Source: Opitutales bacterium (GTDB taxonomy: Bacteria; Verrucomicrobiota; Verrucomicrobiia; Opitutales; Coraliomargaritaceae). Taken from it: 11,916 bases of DNA. The DNA lies in assembly GCA_049598495.1 (NCBI GenBank), contig JBMYNR010000044.1, forward strand, positions 1 through 11,916, in the 5' to 3' direction. This document shows, one piece after another, positions 1 to 7,417 of this stretch (its first letter is position 1; every line of letters starts with the position of its first letter). The translations under genes were made by a program, and so were the position numbers. Below the pieces are notes generated by a model. That model was given only the letters and a program-made list of their open reading frames with translations. It searched no databases and had not been told where the DNA came from.

Positions 1-50
1 TCCGGAATCAGCGTACAAGTTCTAATGTAGGTTATTTCGCTGACACCACA

Positions 51-989
51 CTAGGCGTTGAGCTCGACGAGCTTTGCCATGATCGCTTTTTGAGCGTGCA
101 GACGGTTTTCCGCTTCCTCGAAGATAATGCTCTGCGGGCTGTCGAGCACCTCCTGGGTAACTTCCTCGCCAGCGTGGGCGGGTAGGCAGTGCATGAAGAC
201 GGCGTCAGACTTTGCGAGCCCCATCAGTTCGCTGGTGACCTGATAGGGCATCATCTTGGCTTTGCGCTCGGCAGCTTCTTCCTCGTCACCCATGGAGACC
301 CAGACATCGGTGTAGAGGATGTCGGCGTCCTTGGCCGCTTCAGCGGCATCCGTTGTGAACTGGTAATTCACGGGTAGGCCGTCGGCCTTTAGCGCGTCGA
401 TGACGACTTGTTTCGGAGCAAAGCTCTTGGGTCCAGCCAAAGAGATTTCCATGCCGAACATAGCGGCGCTGATGATCCATGAATTCGCCATGTTGCTGGC
501 GCAGTCACCGTAAAATGCGAGCTTCTTACCTTTGAGTGTCTCGATGTCGACCGCATCAGGCGAGGTGCGCTCGAGCAGGGTAAAGAGATCTGTGTAGAGC
601 TGGCAAGGGTGGTTGAAGTCAGTCAGGCCATTGATGATGGGGATGTTTCCATGCTTGGCGAAGCTCTCGACGATGTCGTGACCGAAGGTCCGAATGACGA
701 GGCCATGGAGATAACGCGACATCACCTGAGCGGTATCTGCGATGGTTTCGCCCCGACCGATTTGAGTACTCTGAGAGTTAAGTACAACGGGGAAGCCGCC
801 GAGTTCGTTAACTCCGACCTCGAAGGAGATGCGCGTCCGTGTGCTTGTCTTGTAGAACAGCAGACCCCATGACTGCATATTCAGCGGTTGCGGTCCGCTG
901 AGCCGGTTATCCTTTAAGGCCTTAGCAAGAGAGAAGACCTCTTGAGCTTCCTGGAGTGTGAAGTCGGTTTCTTTTAAGAAATGATGCAT
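51..989 (-). CDS. argF: Ornithine carbamoyltransferase
   Basis: Carbamoyl-phosphate motifs STRTR and HPCQ, ornithine-binding DVWVSMG loop and HCLP motif. Start moved from 1022 to the ATG at 989 (MHHFLKETDF) because the upstream extension runs through a repeat array. Confidence 0.96.
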   Translation of the reverse strand: MHHFLKETDFTLQEAQEVFSLAKALKDNRLSGPQPLNMQSWGLLFYKTSTRTRISFEVGVNELGGFPVVLNSQSTQIGRGETIADTAQVMSRYLHGLVIRTFGHDIVESFAKHGNIPIINGLTDFNHPCQLYTDLFTLLERTSPDAVDIETLKGKKLAFYGDCASNMANSWIISAAMFGMEISLAGPKSFAPKQVVIDALKADGLPVNYQFTTDAAEAAKDADILYTDVWVSMGDEEEAAERKAKMMPYQVTSELMGLAKSDAVFMHCLPAHAGEEVTQEVLDSPQSIIFEEAENRLHAQKAIMAKLVELNA

Positions 990-1000
990 GTTGATAAATA

Positions 1001-1035
1001 TCGAACGTCCAACTTCGAACATTGAACGTCGAACG
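1001..1035. repeat. Degenerate heptamer tandem array, 5 units
   Basis: TCGAACG TCCAACT TCGAACA TTGAACG TCGAACG, 11 nt upstream of the argF ATG. Confidence 0.9.
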
Positions 1036-1079
1036 CTGTTTTAAGGTTATAGATTAATTCAGAATTCGCTGTTGAATCT

Positions 1080-2270
1080 TCAAGGTTCTATGTTCGTGAA
1101 AACAGCGTCGAGTATTTCGACGCTTTCACGTAGTTGTTCAGGGGTGGCAATAAGTGCGGGGAGGAGCCGGATGACGTTGTGGCCGGCGGGGACAATGAGA
1201 AGACCTTTTTCCTTCGCAGCTGCGGTGATTTTTAGATTGAGCCCCTCGGGTATGAGCGAAAGGCCGACCATATAACCGGCACCCCGTATACCAGCAATTT
1301 GCCCAGGGTATTTTTCGACCAGCTGCGCTAGAGCGGCGTGCCAGGCCGGGCTGTTGGCGGCCACTTTTTCGATGAGCTTTTCATCCTCGATGATATCGAG
1401 CACAGCATTGGCCGCTGCGCTGGCGAGTGGGCTGCCGCCGAAAGTCGTGCCGTGGGAGCCGGGCTGATAAAGCTCGGCATAGGGTTCGGCGACCCAGATC
1501 GCGCCGATGGGGAAGCCCGCACCGAGACCCTTGGCCATGCCAATAGCGTCCGGTTGGACTCCGGCCGCTTGAAATGCGAAGAAGTGGCCGCTCCGTCCGA
1601 TACCGCATTGAACTTCGTCGAGGATCAGGAGGACCTTTCGTTCTGTGCAGAGTGCCCGGAGCTCCTGCAGGAAGCCGGCCTCGGCGGGGAAGATTCCGCC
1701 TTCGCCCTGGATCGATTCGATGAAGACAGCCGCAACGGAATGGTCGATCAACTTCTCGAAGCTTTCGATTTTATTGAGTTTGCCGAATTTGAAACCCTCC
1801 AGCATAGGCCTGAAGCCGCTCTGGATCTTTTCCTGTGGAGTGGCTGCCATGCCGCCGAAGGTCCGCCCATGGAAGGCGTTCTCTGCTGCGACGACCATGT
1901 AGCGTTTACCTTCTTCGCCACTTAAGTGTTTTCCATGGAGTCGTGCCAGCTTGATCAATGCCTCGTTGGCCTCGGCACCACTGTTGCAGAATAGTACACG
2001 GCCAGGGCCTGCTTTTTCGACGAGTCTGTCGGCCAGTTTCTGTTGGCCCGGTATTCCGTAGAGATTGCTGCAGTGGGTAAGAGTGGCGGCCTGCTTCTGG
2101 ACGGCAGCAACCCACTTTGGATGCGAATGTCCGACCGAGGTAACTGCGATTCCACTCCCGAAATCCAGATAGCGTGTGCCGACCTCGTCATAGAGGTAAA
2201 CGCCTTCGCCCCGCACGGCATCAAAGGCGGGCGGGGCGTAGTTCTTCATGAGTGTTTTATAATGTTCCAT
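1080..2270 (-). CDS. argD: Acetylornithine aminotransferase (class III PLP enzyme)
   Basis: NSGAEANEA, FHGRT, DEVQCG, MAKGLG (PLP lysine) and HGTTFGG motifs; lies within the arg cluster. Confidence 0.93.
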   Translation of the reverse strand: MEHYKTLMKNYAPPAFDAVRGEGVYLYDEVGTRYLDFGSGIAVTSVGHSHPKWVAAVQKQAATLTHCSNLYGIPGQQKLADRLVEKAGPGRVLFCNSGAEANEALIKLARLHGKHLSGEEGKRYMVVAAENAFHGRTFGGMAATPQEKIQSGFRPMLEGFKFGKLNKIESFEKLIDHSVAAVFIESIQGEGGIFPAEAGFLQELRALCTERKVLLILDEVQCGIGRSGHFFAFQAAGVQPDAIGMAKGLGAGFPIGAIWVAEPYAELYQPGSHGTTFGGSPLASAAANAVLDIIEDEKLIEKVAANSPAWHAALAQLVEKYPGQIAGIRGAGYMVGLSLIPEGLNLKITAAAKEKGLLIVPAGHNVIRLLPALIATPEQLRESVEILDAVFTNIEP

Positions 2271-2275
2271 TATGA

Positions 2276-2310
2276 GATGGCGGTTGAATGATGACTGATG
2301 GCTGTTGTTT
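2276..2310. repeat. Degenerate heptamer tandem array, 5 units
   Basis: GATGGCG GTTGAAT GATGACT GATGGCT GTTGTTT (G-A/T-T-G at every 7th position), 5 nt upstream of the argD ATG. Confidence 0.7.
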
Positions 2311-2372
2311 TGATTGAATCAGACAATTATCATTATGCATCATAGAAGAGTCATCGTTCAGCAGCTACTAAA

Positions 2373-3263
2373 CTATGCATTTACGATTTCAGTGCCGACC
2401 CCCTTATCGGTAAAAATTTCAAGAAGTAGGCTGTGTGGCTGTTCACCGTCGATGAAGTGAACACGGTGTACGCCGTTCTTAAGCGCGCCGACGGCGCTGT
2501 CGGTCTTTGGGATCATGCCTTTGCTGATGGTGCCGTCCTTAATCAGCCCGTTGACTTCCTCGGTTTGAAGTGAGGAGATCAGAGATGCAGGATCATTGAT
2601 ATCCCGCATGAGTCCCGGCACGTCGCAGAGGTAGACCAGTCGCCTTGCGCGAAGTGCAGATGCGACCCGACCGGCGGCGGCGTCTGCGTTGGTATTATAG
2701 ACTTGCCCATCTTCGTCGCGGGCCATGGGCGAGATGATCGGAATGTAGCCGTCGTTGAGTGCTTTCTTGATGATCTTGGTCTTTACAGTGTGGGTCTCAC
2801 CAACAAAGCCGAGATCAAGAATCTCTCCGTCGATAACGACTTCCTTCTTCTCGCAAACGAGTATGTTGTTGCCCGGTATGGAGAGCGGTCGCGCGTTCTT
2901 CGCTTGGAGTATCTCACAGATCTCGAGATTGACGATATTGTTTAAGGTATGGTCGACGACCTTCACGGAATCGGCATCAGTGACCCGTAGTCCGTGTTCA
3001 AACCGTGTTTTCACATCGGACTCACCGAGTGCTCGAGTGATTGCCTTTCCGCCACCATGTACGACAACAACTTTGATCCCAACCGCGGCAAGGAAGGCGA
3101 TGTCTGTGGCGACCCGTGTCCGGACTTCCGGGTCAGCATCGTCCATGAAAGCGCCTCCGTATTTGACCACAAAAATTGCGTTCCGGAACCGTTGCACATA
3201 GGGGAGGGCTTCCAGTAGGACGGCCGACTTGGTGGTAACGTCGAGTTGTGAGAGGTCGGTCAT
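2373..3263 (-). CDS. argB: Acetylglutamate kinase, arginine-sensitive type
   Basis: EALPY N-terminal helix, VVKYGG, VHGGG, GLRVT, NADAAA, DVPG, GMIPK and C-terminal LEIFTDKGVGT. Confidence 0.96.
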   Translation of the reverse strand: MTDLSQLDVTTKSAVLLEALPYVQRFRNAIFVVKYGGAFMDDADPEVRTRVATDIAFLAAVGIKVVVVHGGGKAITRALGESDVKTRFEHGLRVTDADSVKVVDHTLNNIVNLEICEILQAKNARPLSIPGNNILVCEKKEVVIDGEILDLGFVGETHTVKTKIIKKALNDGYIPIISPMARDEDGQVYNTNADAAAGRVASALRARRLVYLCDVPGLMRDINDPASLISSLQTEEVNGLIKDGTISKGMIPKTDSAVGALKNGVHRVHFIDGEQPHSLLLEIFTDKGVGTEIVNA

Positions 3264-3290
3264 TTAGTAAATGTCGTTGAAGTGTATTTC

Positions 3291-3380
3291 ACCGCGGATG
3301 CATGCAGATCAAGGCGGGCCCTGCTAAGGGAAGAATTTGTGTGATGTTTACTAACCACGGAGTTCGAAGAGGACGCAGAG
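3291..3380. repeat. Two short degenerate tandem triplets (10-nt and 9-nt period)
   Basis: ACCGCGGATG CATGCAGATC AAGGCGGGCC (3291-3320) and ACCACGGAG TTCGAAGAG GACGCAGAG (3354-3380) in the argJ-argB spacer. Confidence 0.55.
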
Positions 3381-3464
3381 TATGGGATGAGATTTATGAC
3401 TTATGTTTAGAGATAGGCTTTTAGGCCCTGCGCTCACGGCAGTCATCTTTGGTTTATTGAAATG

Positions 3465-4700
3465 CTACTCGGACTTGTTGAAATTAACGTAGGCTTCGCT
3501 AAGGTCAGAGGTGAGGAGGCGAAAGTTACCGCTACCCTGATTCAGGTTCAGGGTGATCCGGAACCGCTTCTTTGAGACGACACCTTTCCAATAATGATAA
3601 TTGTCATCCTGGGGGACGCCTTTGATTAGAGCGGGTACTTCGTCGTAGTGGATATCAAAGCACTCTTCCTTTAGGCCCACTCGAGCATAGCCAGCGGCAT
3701 CGGCCAACCGACCCCAGTTTGGATCGGAACCATACCAGGAGGTTTTTACGAGGAGTGAGTTGCCCACAGCCCGCGCAACCTTTTCTGCATCAGCTTCCGA
3801 CCGACAGCCTTCCACCACAAGTTCGACAAGTTTTGTGACTTTCTCGCCGTCACCTACTATTTTTTCGGCCAGTGCATCGCAGACGAGAAAAACGGCATCT
3901 CGGAAGGCTTGGAGGAGGTCTGGAGATTCGTGTGATTCGATGCCCGATTTACCATTGGCGAGCAGCAGCACTGTATCGTTCGTGCTCATGTCGCCATCGA
4001 TGGAGATCCGGTTGAAAGTCTTGTTGCAGGCCTGTGTCAGTGCATTCTTGAGTGCGCTGTTATCGGCATCGATATCCGTGGTCAGAAAGGCCAGCATGGT
4101 CGCCATGTTCGGCTCGATCATACCTGCGCCTTTGGCAATCCCAGCCACGGTGACCGTCTTTGACTTGTAGGTGAATTGAGCTGTGGCGCATTTCCGCCGT
4201 GTATCGGAGGTAAGAATGGCATCGGCTGTCCTTTCTGAGCCCTCGAAGGTCTCATCGAGGGCAGCGGCTGCCGCTGTGATGCCCGACTTGATATGAGCCA
4301 TTGGGAGCACCCGTCCGATCCGCCCCGTGGAGCAAACCAGGAAAGGAGCTTTCGCCTCCGTTGCCTGTTCCGCCAAAGTAGACATTTCCCTCGCATCTGC
4401 CATTCCTTGTGCGCCCGTTGCGGCATTGGCATTACCACTATTGGCGACAATGCCTGCGACCTTGGAGGCTGGGTTGGTCAGTATCTCCTTACAGATGTGG
4501 ACGGGTGCGGCGCAGACATCATTCAGTGTGAACACACCTGCGACACTGCAGGGCTTCTCCGGTGAGATGAGCGCTAGGTCGAGCCGCTGCTGATCGCCCG
4601 TTTCCCGCACATCACAAGCAACTCCGGCGGTCTTGAATCCTGGGCAATCAGCGATGCCGTTGGATGACTCAAGTAATTGAACTGTGATGGAAGAGGGCAT
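3465..4700 (-). CDS. argJ: Glutamate N-acetyltransferase / ornithine acetyltransferase
   Basis: NSGNANAATG, CSTGRIG, KGAGMIEPNMATML (autoproteolysis Thr), DGDMSTND and DPNWGR motifs. Confidence 0.97.
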   Translation of the reverse strand: MPSSITVQLLESSNGIADCPGFKTAGVACDVRETGDQQRLDLALISPEKPCSVAGVFTLNDVCAAPVHICKEILTNPASKVAGIVANSGNANAATGAQGMADAREMSTLAEQATEAKAPFLVCSTGRIGRVLPMAHIKSGITAAAAALDETFEGSERTADAILTSDTRRKCATAQFTYKSKTVTVAGIAKGAGMIEPNMATMLAFLTTDIDADNSALKNALTQACNKTFNRISIDGDMSTNDTVLLLANGKSGIESHESPDLLQAFRDAVFLVCDALAEKIVGDGEKVTKLVELVVEGCRSEADAEKVARAVGNSLLVKTSWYGSDPNWGRLADAAGYARVGLKEECFDIHYDEVPALIKGVPQDDNYHYWKGVVSKKRFRITLNLNQGSGNFRLLTSDLSEAYVNFNKSE

Positions 4701-4707
4701 GAAAAGA

Positions 4708-4735
4708 AGTTGGGAGCTGGAAGCTAGAAGTAAGC
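4708..4735. repeat. Degenerate heptamer tandem array, 4 units
   Basis: AGTTGGG AGCTGGA AGCTAGA AGTAAGC fills most of the 37-bp argC-argJ spacer. Confidence 0.85.
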
Positions 4736-4737
4736 GT

Positions 4738-5760
4738 TTAGAGCAGCCCCGCGGTTTCCTCGAAACCGAATTTAAGATTCATGATCTGAACGGCCTGTCC
4801 GCTCGCTCCTTTGACAAGATTATCGATGGCTGAGGTGATTACGAAGTTTTCGGTCCGTTTGTCGTAGACTGCAGAAATGTCACACCGATTGGTTCTCGAT
4901 GTATGTTTTGTATCTGGAGACGTTCCGCTAGGAAGGAGAGATACAAAAGGCTTATTCTTAAAGCTCTTTTCCCAGGTTGTGTAGAGTTGTTCAATCCCTG
5001 TTTTAGCCTTGGCAACGATGGTCGTGGAAATGCCCCGCGACATGGGTGCGAGGTGGGGGTTGAACTGGACGATACAATCCGCGAAAGCGGCTTTCTCCAG
5101 TTGCTCCTCGATCTCGGATAGATGTCTGTGTTTGGGCAGGCCATAGGCCTTCATGCTCTCGTTTCGTTCGCAGTAGATGAAGTCCTCCGCAATTTTCCTG
5201 CCCGCGCCGCTGACACCACTATAACTGTTGATGACGATACCCTTCGGCTCAATGAGGCCCGCTTTGAGTAGGGGAACAAGAGGGATTTGGACACTGGTTG
5301 GGTAGCAACCAGGGCAGGCGATGAGGGAAGCCTCCTTCCATTTCTCGTCGGCCAACTCAGGGATCACATAAGGAGCCGCTTGAAGTAGATGAGGCGCAGG
5401 ATGTGACTGGCCATAGTATTCCTCGTAGATCCGGGTGCACCCCAACCGGAAGTCCGCGCTTAGGTCGATGATGGCCTTGCCCGCTTGGAAGAGCGGGTCG
5501 GCAAACTCGGACGCGACACCGTGAGGAAGAGCTAGGAAGAAGAGATCGATCTCGGGGTCGGCGGCGAGGGCCGCCGGATCGGAGACAGAGAATGCAAGGT
5601 CTCTGACGAGGTGCCGGAGGGCCGGCATTTGCTCGGCCACAGCCCTGCCGGCAAGCGACCGCGAGGTGACCGCTTTTAACTGGACATCTGGATGCCCCGA
5701 AAGAAGCCGAACGAGTTCTTCCCCGGAATAACCGGAAGCGCCGATGATTGCTGCATTCAT
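4738..5760 (-). CDS. argC: N-acetyl-gamma-glutamyl-phosphate reductase
   Basis: GASGYSG Rossmann motif, LALPHG, IDLSADFR, PGCYPT catalytic Cys, SGVSGAG and DNLVKGASGQA. Confidence 0.97.
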   Translation of the reverse strand: MNAAIIGASGYSGEELVRLLSGHPDVQLKAVTSRSLAGRAVAEQMPALRHLVRDLAFSVSDPAALAADPEIDLFFLALPHGVASEFADPLFQAGKAIIDLSADFRLGCTRIYEEYYGQSHPAPHLLQAAPYVIPELADEKWKEASLIACPGCYPTSVQIPLVPLLKAGLIEPKGIVINSYSGVSGAGRKIAEDFIYCERNESMKAYGLPKHRHLSEIEEQLEKAAFADCIVQFNPHLAPMSRGISTTIVAKAKTGIEQLYTTWEKSFKNKPFVSLLPSGTSPDTKHTSRTNRCDISAVYDKRTENFVITSAIDNLVKGASGQAVQIMNLKFGFEETAGLL

Positions 5761-5770
5761 TGATGGAGGG

Positions 5771-5805
5771 AGTTAGGAGATAGAAGTTGGAAGTTAAGAG
5801 CTTGG
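5771..5805. repeat. Degenerate heptamer tandem array, 5 units
   Basis: AGTTAGG AGATAGA AGTTGGA AGTTAAG AGCTTGG, 10 nt upstream of the argC ATG; same AG(Y)TRGR-like consensus as 4708-4735. Confidence 0.88.
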
Positions 5806-5910
5806 AATGATGTTTATCTTGATACGGGCTCTGTCTTAATCGGACTTTTAGTCCTATATGGTTCAGGAGACTAAGACTAGATAATGGGTTTATCGTGAAA
5901 ATTAGGAAAT

Positions 5911-5950
5911 AAAAAACCCCCCATGCCGTTGAACACGGCTATGGAGGGTT
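5911..5950 (-). terminator. Rho-independent terminator of rplM-rpsI
   Basis: Minus strand reads AACCCTCCAT-A-GCCGT-gttca-ACGGC-ATGGGGGGTT followed by TTTTATTT, about 30 nt after the rpsI stop. Confidence 0.85.
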
Positions 5951-5979
5951 GCAAAAAATGCGACCGTGCCGCGAAGCGG

Positions 5980-6372
5980 TTAACGTTTCGAGAATTGGAA
6001 TCGCTTACGTGCGCCAGGTTGACCGGCCTTCTTGCGCTCGCGGGAGCGCGGGTCACGTGTCATGTGGCCGTCTTGTTTCAGAGGCACACGAAGCTCACTG
6101 CTCATCTTCTCGAGTGCACGTGCGATGCCTAGGCGAACGGCTCCGGCTTGACCATTTAGGCCGCCACCCTGTGCCTTAACTGTGATATCGACTTGATCGG
6201 CTATCTCGACAGTCTTGAGAGGGGAGAGTGCTGCGTTGGTAAAGTCTTCAGTCTTGAAGTAAGCTTCCGGTTCTTTGCCGTTGACGACGACTTTTCCGGT
6301 GCCACGAGTTAGGCGGACACGAGCTGTGGCAGTCTTGCGACGGCCGACGGTGACGAATGTTTGATCGCTCAT
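5980..6372 (-). CDS. rpsI: 30S ribosomal protein S9 (uS9)
   Basis: GRRKTATARV N-terminus, GGGLNGQAGA, and RDPRSRERKK...ARKRFQFSKR C-terminus. Confidence 0.99.
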   Translation of the reverse strand: MSDQTFVTVGRRKTATARVRLTRGTGKVVVNGKEPEAYFKTEDFTNAALSPLKTVEIADQVDITVKAQGGGLNGQAGAVRLGIARALEKMSSELRVPLKQDGHMTRDPRSRERKKAGQPGARKRFQFSKR

Positions 6373-6408
6373 TATATAAAGTGTATATAAAGTGATTTAG
6401 GGTCTATT

Positions 6409-6834
6409 TTAGACCAGAGGTTTTGGTTGCTGAGCTTCGTAAGGATGCTCTGAGCCGGAGTGAATCTTTAGCTTCTTGATCATTTGACGGCCAAGCTTGT
6501 TGCGCGGAAGCATGCCCTTGACGGCATGCTCGATAATAAACTCGGGTTTATTGGCGCGCATGTCTTCCATGCTGACGTAGCTATCGCCGCCCATCCAGCC
6601 TGAGTAGAACATGTAGCGCTTGTCGCTATTCTTCTTGCCTGAAACCTTGATTTTCTCGGCATTGACCACAACGACAAAGTCACCAGTGTCCGCATGCGGT
6701 GTGTAGGTGGGCTTGTGGCGGCCGCGTAGAACGTTGGCAATTTTCACTGAAATGCGGCCAAGAGTTTCGTTGGCAGCATCGACCACATACCAAGATTTTG
6801 AGTGGTCTGATTTGGTGGCTAAAGTCGTCTTCAT
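6409..6834 (-). CDS. rplM: 50S ribosomal protein L13 (uL13)
   Basis: WYVVDA, LGR, LRGRHKPTYTPHADTGDFVVVVNA and AVKGMLP motifs. Start set at ATG 6834 (141 aa) because the 6894 extension overlaps the predicted promoter. Confidence 0.98.
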   Translation of the reverse strand: MKTTLATKSDHSKSWYVVDAANETLGRISVKIANVLRGRHKPTYTPHADTGDFVVVVNAEKIKVSGKKNSDKRYMFYSGWMGGDSYVSMEDMRANKPEFIIEHAVKGMLPRNKLGRQMIKKLKIHSGSEHPYEAQQPKPLV

Positions 6835-6853
6835 GATTTTGGAAAAGCGGTGA

Positions 6854-6881
6854 ACACTAGAATTGCCCCTATAGCTGTCAA
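6854..6881 (-). promoter_or_regulatory. Sigma70-type promoter for rplM-rpsI
   Basis: Minus strand: perfect TTGACA (6881-6876), 16-nt spacer, TAGTGT (6859-6854); the -10 ends 19 nt before the rplM ATG. Confidence 0.7.
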
Positions 6882-7152
6882 TGGGATTTTCCACTAATTT
6901 TGTTCTGTTTTAACGGGATGTATAAAAGTCAATTGCTGTGCGCTTGCGAGTCCTTGGCGCTCGAATTTTATGGTTCATGCTTGGGGCGAGCTGTCTACAT
7001 CCGCCCTCGGTGAAGTGCCTCGCGCTGGGCCTGAGTCCAGTCATTTCAAGCGGGCTGGAAGAATTCCGAAAACAGGTGTTTTTTATTGCAAAGGTTCTCT
7101 GCCGCGTCATTTTGCAACGTTTTTCCAACTCAACCTACCGGAGGAAACGATT

Positions 7153-7362
7153 TTGAGAGACGACTATCTAGAAGAAGCGCAGAAGAAAATCACGGATCCG
7201 ATGATTCTGATCAACGTGGTGTCCCGCCGTGCCAAACAATTGAAGAGTGGCTACAAGCCATTGATCGAATCCTTGGAGCGCCTCTCCGCAGAGGACATGG
7301 CTTTGCGTGAGATTATGGAAGGTAAGATTACCTACCAGCTTGCTGAAGCCGAAGAGGAATAA
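7153..7362 (+). CDS. rpoZ: RNA polymerase omega subunit
   Basis: 69 aa with LINVVSRRAKQL and ALREIMEGKI omega motifs. TTG at 7153 is preceded by GGAGG (7140-7144) at 8-nt spacing. Confidence 0.9.
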   Translation: MRDDYLEEAQKKITDPMILINVVSRRAKQLKSGYKPLIESLERLSAEDMALREIMEGKITYQLAEAEEE

Positions 7363-7417
7363 TCCTTTTCCCAACAGCGTGCCCTCTGCGTTTCCCCAAT
7401 AGAGGGGTTTAACCAAC

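Noticed and set aside
1..50. Possible start of argG after argF
   Set aside because: No MKIVLAYSGG-like start is visible in these 50 nt, and the window ends here.
990..1022. N-terminal extension of ArgF in the ORF track (MFEVGRSIFIN)
   Set aside because: It is a translation of the heptamer array; OTCase-like sequence begins at ATG 989.
1338..1925. Long antisense ORFs over argD (likewise 2755-3201, 3760-4170, 10581-11162, 10792-11229)
   Set aside because: Shadow ORFs opposite well-supported genes, with no recognisable domains.
1001..5805. Heptamer arrays as CRISPR or guide-RNA arrays
   Set aside because: Units are contiguous 7-10-mers with no unique spacers, and no cas or nuclease gene is in the window.
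6835..6894. N-terminal extension of L13
   Set aside because: It overlaps the predicted promoter, and L13-like sequence of normal length starts at 6834.
6970..7152. 61-aa extension of the rpoZ ORF and other short ORFs in the divergent spacer
   Set aside because: No recognisable protein features; a GGAGG plus TTG at 7153 gives a normal omega subunit. Only weak short stems are present, so no ncRNA is called.
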